DNA of 64,000 nucleotides from Candidatus Margulisiibacteriota bacterium (GTDB lineage Bacteria; Margulisbacteria; WOR-1; O2-12-FULL-45-9; XYB2-FULL-48-7): NCBI GenBank assembly GCA_025453605.1, contig JALOPZ010000001.1, positions 365,042 to 429,041 of the forward strand, read 5' to 3'. Shown piece by piece: positions 55,266 to 64,000 of this stretch (position 1 is its first letter; each line of letters starts with the position of its first letter). The notes under the pieces were generated by a model. It saw only the letters and a program-made list of their open reading frames with translations, ran no database searches and was not told where the DNA came from. The position numbers and the translations under genes were made by a program.

Positions 55266-56936
55266 ATGAAATATTTTAAGTTCAGCCTAATAATGATCGC
55301 TCTGGTCCTGGCCGCCGCGGCCGCCCTGGCCGAAGTCACCCTGGCCTCCAATATCACCGCTCTGGAGATCAGCGGCAATAAAGCGGTGCCAACCAAGGAG
55401 ATCATGGACGTGGTCTTTACCCGGGTCGGTGATACGCTCGCCGAAGAAAAGATCAAAGGCGACCTCAAGGCGATCTACGCGCTCGGTTATTTTGCCGACG
55501 TTATCCCTTCATTCGAGGCGCAGGCCGGCGGGACCAAAGTGATCTTTCGGGTCACGGAAAACCCGGTGATCGCGGAGATCGTTTTCAGCGGCAACTCCGT
55601 TTACGCGACCGCGGAGCTTCAGGCGCTGCTGGCGACCAGGCCGGGCGCTTTGCTTAACTTCCAGAAAATGCAGACCGATATCGACCTGATCAACAACAAA
55701 TACAAAAAAGACGGCTACATGCTGGCCCGGGTGGTCGACGTCGAGACCGATAAAAAAAGCAACGTCCTCACCTTTCAGGTCATGGAAGGCCGGGTCGAGG
55801 CGATCACTCTCGACGGCAACGATAACACCAAAGACTACGTGATCCTGCGCGAGCTCAAGACCAAACCCGGCTCGGTCCTGAACGAAGAGACGCTGAAAAA
55901 AGACCTGCGCCGCGTCTTTAATCTCGGTTTTTTTGCCGAGGTTACCCCGAACTTCGAACCGGGCAGCAGCAAGGACAAGATCGTTCTCCAGCTCAAGATC
56001 AAGGAATCACGGACCAGCACGATCAATTTCGGCGGCGGCTACGGCGAACGCGAGGGGTGGTTTGGCTTTGTCGATCTCTCGATCAACAACCTGATGGGGA
56101 CCGCGCAGGGGATCCTGATCCGCGGCCAATCCGGGCAAACGCTCTCCACCTACCAGTTCAAGTATTACAATCCGTGGTTCTGGGAACAGAAACTGGGGGA
56201 TCACGCCGCCCTGACCGCCCGCCGCTGGCTGACGATCGGCCGGGACATTATTTTAACGACCCAGGACGGAATTTATAACGGCTTTGACATCTCGATCGGC
56301 AAACCGTTCCGGGACAATTACAACATCACCTGGACGATCGGCAGCGAGAACGTCAGCCCTTACAACACCGCTACGTTCGAAGCGTACCGGTCCGACACGA
56401 TCGGCCTGAACTTCGCTTTCGATACCCGCGACTTCTGGCTTAATCCCAAGGAAGGCCGCTACTACACGCTTGACCTGCGCCAGGGGTGGAAAACCGCCAC
56501 CAGCGTCACCAGTTTCACCAAGGTCGGCCTCGATTTCAACCACTACTGGCCGGTCTTCGCCAACCAGGTCGCCGCCGGCCACCTGGGGACCGGCGTCGGT
56601 TTTGGCGACGTGCCGATCGGCGACATGTACTGGGTCGGCGGCGCCAACACCGTGCGCGGCTTTTACCCGTCGGAAGCACGGGTCGGCAAAAAGAAGCTTC
56701 TGTTCAACGCCGAGTACCGGCTCAATTTCTCCGATATGTTCCAGGGCGTTTTCTTCTATGACTGGGGGAATGCCTGGAACGACGGTCCGGCCGACTACGG
56801 CGCGTTCATCTCCGGCTGGGGCCCCGGCATCCGGATCAACACCCCGCTCGGCCCGATCCGTCTCGACTGGGGGGTCCCCGGCGGCAAGACCTTCGGCGAA
56901 GGCATAATGCATTTCTCCATTGGACAAGCTTTTTGA
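55266..56936 (+). CDS. bamA: Outer membrane protein assembly factor BamA/TamA (Omp85 family, POTRA repeats)
   Basis: Signal peptide, about 3 POTRA-like repeats (ITALEISGNKAVPTKEI..., VIAEIVFSGNSVYATAEL..., VEAITLDGNDNTKDYVI...) and a C-terminal bacterial surface antigen barrel. Confidence 0.8.
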   Translation: MKYFKFSLIMIALVLAAAAALAEVTLASNITALEISGNKAVPTKEIMDVVFTRVGDTLAEEKIKGDLKAIYALGYFADVIPSFEAQAGGTKVIFRVTENPVIAEIVFSGNSVYATAELQALLATRPGALLNFQKMQTDIDLINNKYKKDGYMLARVVDVETDKKSNVLTFQVMEGRVEAITLDGNDNTKDYVILRELKTKPGSVLNEETLKKDLRRVFNLGFFAEVTPNFEPGSSKDKIVLQLKIKESRTSTINFGGGYGEREGWFGFVDLSINNLMGTAQGILIRGQSGQTLSTYQFKYYNPWFWEQKLGDHAALTARRWLTIGRDIILTTQDGIYNGFDISIGKPFRDNYNITWTIGSENVSPYNTATFEAYRSDTIGLNFAFDTRDFWLNPKEGRYYTLDLRQGWKTATSVTSFTKVGLDFNHYWPVFANQVAAGHLGTGVGFGDVPIGDMYWVGGANTVRGFYPSEARVGKKKLLFNAEYRLNFSDMFQGVFFYDWGNAWNDGPADYGAFISGWGPGIRINTPLGPIRLDWGVPGGKTFGEGIMHFSIGQAF

Positions 56937-57507
56937 CCTTTATCTTAACGAACTGCTCGAGTGGAACCAGAAGTTCAATCTGACCGCTATCACCGATCCC
57001 GCTGAGATCCGGGTCCGGCACTTTCAGGATTCACTCTCGGTCCTCGAAGCGCTCGAGCTGAAAGACCAGCAGGTCGTCGACATCGGCCCCGGGGCCGGTT
57101 TTCCCGGCATTCCGCTCAAGATCGTCCGGCCGGGGATCAAACTGACCCTGGTCGAGGCGACCCGCAAGAAAGTCGACTTTCTTAACCACCTGATCAAGGC
57201 CCTTGAGCTGACGGACGTGGCAGCGGTCTGGGGCCGGGCGGAAACGGTCCAAAAGGAAAAGCGCTATGCCGGCCGGTTCGATGTGGCGCTCGCCCGGGCC
57301 GTGGCCAAGTTACCGGTCCTGCTGGAGTACAGCCTCCCCTTCCTGAAGCCGGGCGGGCTCTTCGTCGCCCAAAAACAGGCCGCGGTCCAGGCGGAGATCG
57401 ACGCGGCCCAACCGGTCCTGAAAAAATTGGGCGGCCGGCTGATGGACGTCAAACAGACCAAAGTTGGCGGCGTTCCCCGGTCGCTGATAATCTTTCGCCG
57501 CAGCTAG
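56920..57507 (+). CDS. rsmG: 16S rRNA (guanine527-N7)-methyltransferase RsmG
   Basis: ELLEWNQKFNLTAITDPAEIRVRHFQDSL and DIGPGAGFPGIPL SAM motifs. Confidence 0.85.
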   Translation: MDKLFDLYLNELLEWNQKFNLTAITDPAEIRVRHFQDSLSVLEALELKDQQVVDIGPGAGFPGIPLKIVRPGIKLTLVEATRKKVDFLNHLIKALELTDVAAVWGRAETVQKEKRYAGRFDVALARAVAKLPVLLEYSLPFLKPGGLFVAQKQAAVQAEIDAAQPVLKKLGGRLMDVKQTKVGGVPRSLIIFRRS

Positions 57508-57530
57508 ATTTGTGCTACAATAACCAACCT

Positions 57531-58298
57531 ATGGCGACCACCTATGCGGTAGTCAACCAAAAGGGCGGAGTCGGCAAGACAACCACTACCGTTAACCTCG
57601 CAGCTTATCTGGCGACCTTCGGCAAAAAAGTCCTGCTGGTCGATATCGATCCCCAGAGCAACGCCAGCGTCGGACTGGGTGTCGACCGCTCCCTGATCAA
57701 GGATTGCCTCTACAGCGTCCTGATCGACGGCGCCCACCCGCAGGAAGTGATCATCAAGAGCAACATCTCCAATCTTGACGTCCTCCCCTCCACCCCGCGC
57801 CTGGCCGGCGCCGAAGTGGAGCTGGTCGCCGTTGAACCGCGGGAAACGCGCCTCAAAGGGTCGCTCGGCCTGCTCCAGCAGGATTACGATATCATCGTGA
57901 TCGACTGCCCGCCGTCGCTCTCCCTGTTGACCGTCAATGCCCTGACCGCCGCCAACGAAGTGATCATCCCGATCCAGTGCGAGTATTACGCGCTGGAGGG
58001 GATCGCCCAGCTGACGCACACCCTGGAGCTGGTCCGGGAAAGCCTCAATCCCGCGCTCAAGATCCGCGGGATCGTCCTGACCATGTTCGATCCCCGGACC
58101 CTGCTCTCGACCCAGGTCGCCGAGGAAGCCCGCAAGTATTTCGGCAGTAAAGTATTCAAAACCGTCATCCCGCGCAACGTCCGCCTGGCCGAGGCCCCGA
58201 GCTTTGGACAGCCGATCATCTTTTACGACCCCGGGAGCAAAGGGGCCGAAGCCTACGAAAATCTGTGTCGGGAGGTGTTAGACGATGGTCGGATCTAG
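57531..58298 (+). CDS. parA: Chromosome partitioning ATPase ParA/Soj
   Basis: Deviant Walker A VVNQKGGVGKTTTTVNLAAYLA. Confidence 0.9.
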   Translation: MATTYAVVNQKGGVGKTTTTVNLAAYLATFGKKVLLVDIDPQSNASVGLGVDRSLIKDCLYSVLIDGAHPQEVIIKSNISNLDVLPSTPRLAGAEVELVAVEPRETRLKGSLGLLQQDYDIIVIDCPPSLSLLTVNALTAANEVIIPIQCEYYALEGIAQLTHTLELVRESLNPALKIRGIVLTMFDPRTLLSTQVAEEARKYFGSKVFKTVIPRNVRLAEAPSFGQPIIFYDPGSKGAEAYENLCREVLDDGRI

Positions 58299-59259
58299 CA
58301 GCACTAACAAAAGAGGTTTGGGCAAAGGGCTCGGTTCGCTGATCCCCCAGCAGTCGGTCTTTGTCGGCGGGCGGACGATCGTCAACGTCGACATTAATAA
58401 CGTGGTCGCCAATCCGCGCCAGCCGCGCACCGTTTTCACCAAGGAAGCGCTTACCGATCTGGCTGAATCGATCAAGGCGCAGGGGGTCATCGAACCGATC
58501 CTGACCCGGATGCGCGACGGCAAATACGAGCTGATCGCCGGCGAACGCCGCCTGCGCGCGGCCAAGCTGGCCGGCATCGCCGTGATCCCGGCGATCGTTA
58601 AGGATTTCAACGACCAGCAGTCGCTGGAGATCTCCCTGATCGAGAACCTGCAAAGGGAAGACCTGAACCCGATGGACGAAGCGGAAGGCTACGCCCGCCT
58701 CGCTTCGGAGTTCGGTCTGACCCAGGAAAACATCTCCAAGCGGGTCGGCAAAAACCGCTCGACCATCGCCAACATGGTCCGGATCCTCTCCCTCCCCAAG
58801 GCGATCAAAGAAAGCCTGCGCAAGGGGGAGATCACTGTCGGCCACGCCCGGCCGCTCCTGGCGGTGGAAGATGCCGACAAACAGCTCCACTTCTGGAAAG
58901 AGATCGTCAAAGGCGGCCTCAACGTTCGCGACGCGGAGATCCTGGCCACCGGCAAAGACCACGCCAAGACCAAAGCGAAAAAAGGCGGGCGAAAACGGGC
59001 CTTCACCACCAACGTGGAGTTGAACTCCCTGGTCGAACAATTGACCGAGCACCTGGCGACCAAGGTCAAGATCTTCGGCACCCCGGATCGCGGTAAGATC
59101 GAAGTGGAATATTATTCGCGGGAAGACCTGGAGCGGGTGTTAGAGCTGATCACGGGCGGCAAGATCAAGCGGCCGGAAACGATCAGCGCGCCGGCGCCGC
59201 ACTTCTCGGTCATCCCCACCGAGCACCAGGCCCCGCAACCGCCCCCGCCGGTCTTTTAA
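58285..59259 (+). CDS. parB: Chromosome partitioning protein ParB/Spo0J
   Basis: GLGKGLGSLI and the GERRLRAAKLAG ParB box. HTH region. Confidence 0.9.
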   Translation: MVGSSSTNKRGLGKGLGSLIPQQSVFVGGRTIVNVDINNVVANPRQPRTVFTKEALTDLAESIKAQGVIEPILTRMRDGKYELIAGERRLRAAKLAGIAVIPAIVKDFNDQQSLEISLIENLQREDLNPMDEAEGYARLASEFGLTQENISKRVGKNRSTIANMVRILSLPKAIKESLRKGEITVGHARPLLAVEDADKQLHFWKEIVKGGLNVRDAEILATGKDHAKTKAKKGGRKRAFTTNVELNSLVEQLTEHLATKVKIFGTPDRGKIEVEYYSREDLERVLELITGGKIKRPETISAPAPHFSVIPTEHQAPQPPPPVF

Positions 59260-61805
59260 GCCGGCCGGAACCGCTTGCGCAGCTCCACGGCCACGATCGG
59301 CAGGAGCGACAGGCCGATCACCATTGCCCAGTGCGCCGGATCAAGACTGACCGTGTAGAAGATCCGCTGCAGCCAGCCGATCTCCGTCACCAGGTACTGT
59401 AGCAACCCGGTCAAAGCGATCGCCCCGACCAGATATAAATTATTCCCCAACCCTGTTTCAAAAAGCGAGTGCCGGAGCGATTTGCAATTGAGCACGTGCG
59501 CCATCTGCAGGAATGAGAGAGCGGCAAACGCCATCGTCCGGCCTTCCGCCAGGGAAACGTTCACCCCCAGCTGAAAAAGACCGATCGTGATCGCGGCCAT
59601 CAGCACGCCGATGCCGACCATGCTGCCGAGCAGCCCGCCGCCAGTGATCGACTCGCTCGGCTTGCGCGGCTGACGGCGCATAATGTCCTTTTCGATCGGC
59701 TCCATCGTCAGGGCCAGCGCCGGCAGCCCGTCGGTCACCAAGTTGATCCAGAGGATCTGGATCGGCAGGAGCGGCAGGGGCAAGCGGAAAACGATCGCCA
59801 GGAGCATCGTCAGGATCTCGCCGCTGTTGGTCGTCAGAATGTAGCGGACGAACTTCAAAATATTGTCAAAGATCCCGCGCCCCTCTTCGATCGCGCCGAC
59901 GATCGTGGCAAAGTTGTCGTCAGTCAGCACCATGTCCGACGCTTCCTTGGCCACATCGGTCCCGGCGATCCCCATGGCGATCCCGATATCCGACGCTTTC
60001 AGGGCCGGCGCGTCGTTGACCCCGTCACCGGTCATGGCAACGATCTCGCCTTTAGCCCGAAAGGCGTTGACGATATCGAGCTTGTGTTCCGGCGAGACCC
60101 GGGCAAAGACCCGGTATCGGGTCAGGTCACGGCCGGCCAGATCCCGCCCCTCAATGACCTCCGCCTCCTGCTCCGTGATGCCAAGCTCGCGGGCGACCGC
60201 GAGCGCCGTCAACCGGTGATCCCCGGTGATCATCACCGGCCTGATCCCCGCCGTCCGGCAATTGGCGACCGCCTCCTTGACCTCCGGCCGGATCGGGTCG
60301 ACCATCGCCAGGAATCCGAGGTAGGTCAGATCGCTCTCGATCAATTTGTCCGGGAACGCGGCATAGCGTTTGCAGGCAACCGCCAGGACCCGGCGGCCGT
60401 TGGCCGCCAGCCGTTCGGCTTCGGCCAGGACCTGCTTTTTGGCGTCGGGCCCCAGGCTAACACACAACTCCAGGATCACGTCGAGCGCCCCTTTGGTAAA
60501 AGCGATAAACCCGGCCTCGCTAGCCGCTTTATGGAGGGTCGTCATCCGTTTTGTCTTGGAATCGAACGGGATCTCCAAAAGACGCGGGTATTGCTCGTTT
60601 AACTGTTCCTTTTTCAGTCCGGCCCGCTCCGCGGCGGCGACCAGCGCGATCTCGGTCGGATCGCCGACCGTAAGCGTGGCATCGTTGCAGAGCGCCCCGC
60701 CCATCAGCAGCAGCGGGCGATCGCTGACCGCCACTACCTCTTCCACCGTCATCTTATTCTGGGTCAGGGTCCCGGTCTTGTCGGAACAGATCACGGTCAC
60801 GCTGCCGAGGGTTTCGACCGCCGGCAGTTTTCGGATGATCGCCCGGCGGGCGACCAGGCGGTACGCGCCCAGCGCCAGCGAGATCGTCACGACCGCCGGT
60901 AATCCCTCCGGAATGGCCGCCACCGCCAGCGAAACCGAGGTCAGGAACATCTCCTGCAGCGGCGCCTCCCCTTCCAGGTAACCGACGACAAATATCAGTC
61001 CGCAGACCCCCAGGGCCAATCCACCCAGCCACTTGCCAAAATCTTCGAATTTTTGCTCGAGCGGCGTTTTTTCTTCTTTCTCCCCGGCGATCAGTTCGGC
61101 GATCTTCCCCAGCTCGGTCTTCATACCCGTGCCGACCACCAGCCCCCGCCCCCGCCCGTAGGTCACGACCGTCCCGGAAAAAGCCATGTTCTTTTGGTCG
61201 GCAACCGGCAGGTCGGCGGCCGCCAGCGGCTCGTCCTGCTTATCAACGGTGACCGATTCGCCGGTCAGGGTCGATTCGTCAATTTTCAGGTTGACCGCCG
61301 ATTGCAGCCGGAGGTCTGCCGGCACGAACGCCCCCGCCTCCAGACTGACTATGTCGCCGGGGACCAATTCCGTCGCGGCGATCTTCTTGATGTCGCCGTC
61401 GCGCAGGACCGTGACCTGCGGGAGCGCAAGCCTTTTCAGGGCGGCGATCGCCTTTTCCGCCTTGGCTTCCTGGCTGGTGCCGATCGCGGCATTAACCAGC
61501 ACGATCAGCAAAATAACGCTGGCATCCTGCCATTCCCCCAGAAAACCGGAAATAACCGCAGCCAACAGAAGGATCATGATCAAAAAATCCTTGAATTGCG
61601 AGAAAAATATCGCTACCAGCGGTTTTGACCGTTTTTCGGTCAGTTGGTTCGGTCCGTATTGTTCCAGGCGGCTCTTGGCCTCGGCAGTGGAAATCCCTTT
61701 CTCCTGATCAGTGTGAAAACTAGAGGCAACGACGGCAAATTGCTGCTGGTAATAATGCTCCATATTGGCGCTATTATAACATTTTATGCTATAATGTCTT
61801 GTCAT
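59256..61805 (-). CDS. Cation-transporting P-type ATPase (type IIA, Ca2+-ATPase-like)
   Basis: [10 protein letters not shown] phosphorylation motif, [16 protein letters not shown] and about 10 TM helices. The start is more likely MEHYY at 61763 than the track's 61805. Confidence 0.9.
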   Translation of the reverse strand: MTRHYSIKCYNSANMEHYYQQQFAVVASSFHTDQEKGISTAEAKSRLEQYGPNQLTEKRSKPLVAIFFSQFKDFLIMILLLAAVISGFLGEWQDASVILLIVLVNAAIGTSQEAKAEKAIAALKRLALPQVTVLRDGDIKKIAATELVPGDIVSLEAGAFVPADLRLQSAVNLKIDESTLTGESVTVDKQDEPLAAADLPVADQKNMAFSGTVVTYGRGRGLVVGTGMKTELGKIAELIAGEKEEKTPLEQKFEDFGKWLGGLALGVCGLIFVVGYLEGEAPLQEMFLTSVSLAVAAIPEGLPAVVTISLALGAYRLVARRAIIRKLPAVETLGSVTVICSDKTGTLTQNKMTVEEVVAVSDRPLLLMGGALCNDATLTVGDPTEIALVAAAERAGLKKEQLNEQYPRLLEIPFDSKTKRMTTLHKAASEAGFIAFTKGALDVILELCVSLGPDAKKQVLAEAERLAANGRRVLAVACKRYAAFPDKLIESDLTYLGFLAMVDPIRPEVKEAVANCRTAGIRPVMITGDHRLTALAVARELGITEQEAEVIEGRDLAGRDLTRYRVFARVSPEHKLDIVNAFRAKGEIVAMTGDGVNDAPALKASDIGIAMGIAGTDVAKEASDMVLTDDNFATIVGAIEEGRGIFDNILKFVRYILTTNSGEILTMLLAIVFRLPLPLLPIQILWINLVTDGLPALALTMEPIEKDIMRRQPRKPSESITGGGLLGSMVGIGVLMAAITIGLFQLGVNVSLAEGRTMAFAALSFLQMAHVLNCKSLRHSLFETGLGNNLYLVGAIALTGLLQYLVTEIGWLQRIFYTVSLDPAHWAMVIGLSLLPIVAVELRKRFRPA

Positions 61806-63141
61806 GGTCAGGGTCTTCCCCTTTCGCGGGATAATCTACAATAAGAAGAAGCTCAGGCAACTCTCCCAGGTCATGTCCCCGCCCTATGACGTTATTTCGC
61901 CGGCCGAACAGGAAGAATTGTACGAGCAGAACAACTTCAATTTTATCCGGCTGATCCTGGGCAAGGAGTTTGCTGGTGACAACGAGTATAATAACCGGTA
62001 TGTCCGGGCGGCCGCATTTTTGGACGGCTGGCTCCGGCATAAGATCTTCCTCCAGGACGACAAGCCGGCCTTTTACGCTTACGAGCAAAAGTTCACCTGC
62101 CTGGGAAAAAAGTATTCCCGGCTCGGTTTTTTCGGCGTGATCCGGCTGGAAGACATGGGCCGGGGCAAGGTTTACCCGCACGAAGAGACCTACCCCAAAG
62201 CCAAGCTTGACCGCCTGCAGCTGATGCGCGCGACCAACGCCAATCTCGATTCGGTCTTTGCCTTTTATTCCGACAAAAAAGATAAACTGAGCAAACTGTT
62301 GAAACAATTCACCAAAAAAGCCCCGACCCTCGAAGCCAAGGACCGCGATGGCGGCGTCAACCGTCTCTGGCGGATCGATAAAAAGCCGGCGCTCGTCCGG
62401 ATCATGCAGGAGATGAAGGACAAAGCGGTCTTTATCGCCGACGGCCACCACCGCTACGAGGCGGCGATCCGCTACAAGAACGAGCTCAAGGCCCGCAACA
62501 CCAAGTTCACCGAGGACGAATCCTACAACCACGCGCTAATGTACTTCACCCCGGTCGAGGGGAAAGGGCTGGTCGTCCTGCCGATCCACCGGACGGTCAG
62601 CAATCTGGAATATTATGATCCGATCCGGTTCGAGGACGATCTTCGGCAGGTTTTCAACGTTACCCCTTACCTGGCAACCAAAAAAACGGCTGACGGCGTC
62701 CGGAAGAAACTGCTCAAAGAGATGACCAAGGTGGCGGATAAACATGCCTTCGGCCTTTACCTGGGGAACCATCGCTTCTATCTGCTGACCTTAAAGGACG
62801 AAGCGCTGGTCGAAGAAATGGTGGCCGAAGAAAAGCCGGCCGCCTGGAAAAAGCTCGACGTCACAATCCTCCACTACGCGGTCTTTGACCGGCTGCTCAA
62901 CATCGCCCACGAGACCGAGGACAAAGTGACCTACTTCAAGCGGGACGACGACGCCATCAAGGCGGTCGATGACGGTCGCGCCACCATGGCGATCCTGATG
63001 AACCCGACCCGGATCGAGGAGATCATTGCCGTAGCCGGCGAGCTCGAGAAAATGCCGCACAAATCGACCTATTTCTACCCCAAACTTCTCTCCGGTCTGG
63101 TCATTAACCGGTTTGAACACGGGGACAAGGTAAAGCCCTAA
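61804..63141 (+). CDS. DUF1015 domain protein
   Basis: N-terminus [13 protein letters not shown]... and the central FIADGHHRYEAA block, as in DUF1015 family proteins. Confidence 0.75.
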   Translation: MVRVFPFRGIIYNKKKLRQLSQVMSPPYDVISPAEQEELYEQNNFNFIRLILGKEFAGDNEYNNRYVRAAAFLDGWLRHKIFLQDDKPAFYAYEQKFTCLGKKYSRLGFFGVIRLEDMGRGKVYPHEETYPKAKLDRLQLMRATNANLDSVFAFYSDKKDKLSKLLKQFTKKAPTLEAKDRDGGVNRLWRIDKKPALVRIMQEMKDKAVFIADGHHRYEAAIRYKNELKARNTKFTEDESYNHALMYFTPVEGKGLVVLPIHRTVSNLEYYDPIRFEDDLRQVFNVTPYLATKKTADGVRKKLLKEMTKVADKHAFGLYLGNHRFYLLTLKDEALVEEMVAEEKPAAWKKLDVTILHYAVFDRLLNIAHETEDKVTYFKRDDDAIKAVDDGRATMAILMNPTRIEEIIAVAGELEKMPHKSTYFYPKLLSGLVINRFEHGDKVKP

Positions 63142-63214
63142 AGCTGCCCACGCAAACCTTACTCAGGTGATAACATCGCGAAGCTAACGTCGGTGGATAA
63201 TCTCGCTGAACCGG

Positions 63215-63250
63215 CGCAGGTGGTTGGTTAACACAAACCCTGCCTGGTTT
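63215..63250. repeat. Left arm of an imperfect inverted repeat flanking the four-helix-bundle gene
   Basis: The reverse complement GGGTTTGTGTTAACCAACCACCTGC is about 80% identical to GGGTTTAATGTTAGCCAACCACTTTGC at 63751-63777. Confidence 0.5.
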
Positions 63251-63295
63251 AACGTCCATCCACCCGCGCCAGTTCTGCGTCAGCCCTCCACCCAG

Positions 63296-63676
63296 CTAGA
63301 CTCGCTTAACCTCCCCTTGGGCCGCTTTAGCGCCGATAAACCTCCCCAACGCCGGCTCCAGCGTCCCCATCAAACACATCAGCCGGTCGTAATCTTGCTG
63401 GGGGACCAACTGCCGCTTAAAGGCTCTTATTACCCAAACCCTAGTCTCCTGCATCGATCCTCGAGATATGTATAAGAACCAGAGATTATCTTTTTTATGA
63501 TGCCTTCCGTATCCTTCAGCTATGTTGGCCCCGATCGAATCAGCTGATCTGACTATCTGCTTACCGATCGTATCCTTGGCAAATACTGACCAAGGAACAA
63601 CCAAATCCCAGACCTTTTCTGATATTTCTTCCGCAATTTGATAAATCCTCAGATCTTCAACCCGATCATATCCCAT
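63296..63676 (-). CDS. Four-helix-bundle protein (23S rRNA intervening-sequence protein / Avd-like family)
   Basis: MGYDRVEDLRIYQIAEEISEKVWDLV...RSADSIGANIAEGYGR... matches the TIGR02436-type four-helix-bundle signature. Confidence 0.8.
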   Translation of the reverse strand: MGYDRVEDLRIYQIAEEISEKVWDLVVPWSVFAKDTIGKQIVRSADSIGANIAEGYGRHHKKDNLWFLYISRGSMQETRVWVIRAFKRQLVPQQDYDRLMCLMGTLEPALGRFIGAKAAQGEVKRV

Positions 63677-63737
63677 ATCCCCTCCCAACCACCCGCGAAC
63701 GCTTTGCGAGAGTAACCACCCAGGTGATTAACGCGCT

Positions 63738-63777
63738 GGCTAACCACCTGGGCGGGTTTAATGTTAGCCAACCACTT
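63738..63777. repeat. Right arm of an imperfect inverted repeat flanking the four-helix-bundle gene
   Basis: Contains CTAACCACCTGGGCGGGTTTAATGTTAGCCAACCAC. Pairs with 63215-63250. Shares TAACCACCTGGG with 47082-47094. Confidence 0.5.
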
Positions 63778-63998
63778 TGCAGGCCTCCGCAAAAGCCCCG
63801 GCAAAATCCGCTAACTTATCCTGGAACACCATGATCGTAAAACGGTCGAACTTGTTGTCTTCGACCAGCTTGCTCTCGGTCAGCGTCACGTACTTATTCT
63901 TGTTGCTCGCCTCTTTGACCCCGATAAAATAGGTCCGCTTGCCGGCCTTGACCGTCTTCGTGAACAGCTCTTTCCCGCCGTTCTTTTCCGCCTTTTCC
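63762..63998 (-). CDS. DUF3276 (Pur-alpha-like) protein, 5' end beyond the window
   Basis: The minus-strand frame is open from the sequence end to the TAA at 63762-63764. Protein ...KELFTKTVKAGKRTYFIGVKEASNKNKYVTLTESKLVEDNKFDRFTIMVFQDKLADFAGAFAEACKVVG matches the RTYFfDVK...ylxITESK pattern. Confidence 0.6.
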
Positions 63999-64000
63999 GT

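Noticed and set aside
63145-63777. Diversity-generating retroelement around the Avd-like four-helix-bundle gene
   Set aside because: No reverse transcriptase and no template/variable repeat pair with A-specific mismatches visible in or near the window.
1-63998. tRNA, rRNA and tmRNA genes
   Set aside because: No cloverleaf-compatible GTTC-loop / acceptor-stem pattern in any intergenic region, and nothing resembling rRNA. All intergenic gaps are short or accounted for by promoters and repeats.

Overview
This is a high-GC (about 60-65%) bacterial chromosomal segment read directly from the sequence. The organism is probably diderm, because the window encodes BamA, TamB, FadL-family and Lnt-like proteins.

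The window is mostly housekeeping genes: a partial trpD, ispH, fmt, def, priA, coaBC, rpoZ, gmk, rsmG, parA and parB. Around these sit several functional modules:
- a translationally coupled carotenoid operon (crtI-crtB-lycopene cyclase);
- a type IV pilus cluster (pilB, pilC, major pilin, two minor pilins, a PilX-like protein, a PilM-PilN fusion and a PilO-PilP-like fusion) with no secretin, prepilin peptidase or PilT in the window;
- an nrdR-nrdD-nrdD locus with two tandem anaerobic ribonucleotide reductase paralogs;
- a secreted MsrB-MsrA fusion;
- a TamB-BamA pair;
- a P-type cation ATPase.

The features most worth a second look are:
- the ultra-conserved def-fmt pair is split by an inserted, translationally coupled block of two tiny secreted Trp/Pro-rich proteins plus two paralogous multi-TM GAF histidine kinases, with no response regulator nearby;
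- a ~2.4 kb accessory segment around 9-11.6 kb carries a low-GC ORF6N/KilA-N gene, a degenerate TAGTCCC heptamer array, a T4 endonuclease V-like pyrimidine dimer glycosylase and a serine hydrolase, and is bounded by two inverted copies of an ~80 nt conserved non-coding element, each sitting directly 5' of a gene;
- a low-GC 271-aa orphan ORF with an AT-rich promoter sits next to priA;
- an Avd/IVS-type four-helix-bundle gene lies outside any rRNA, flanked by imperfect inverted repeats built from GGTTAACC / CACCTGGGTG palindromic motifs that recur at the rpoZ-coaBC junction;
- a DUF5655 domain is fused in frame to a secreted coiled-coil region;
- a 35-aa membrane ORF is coupled to the Na+ symporter through a GTGA overlap.

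I found no tRNA, rRNA or CRISPR. Many long antisense ORFs in the six-frame track are GC-driven artefacts. The displayed sequence ends at base 63998.
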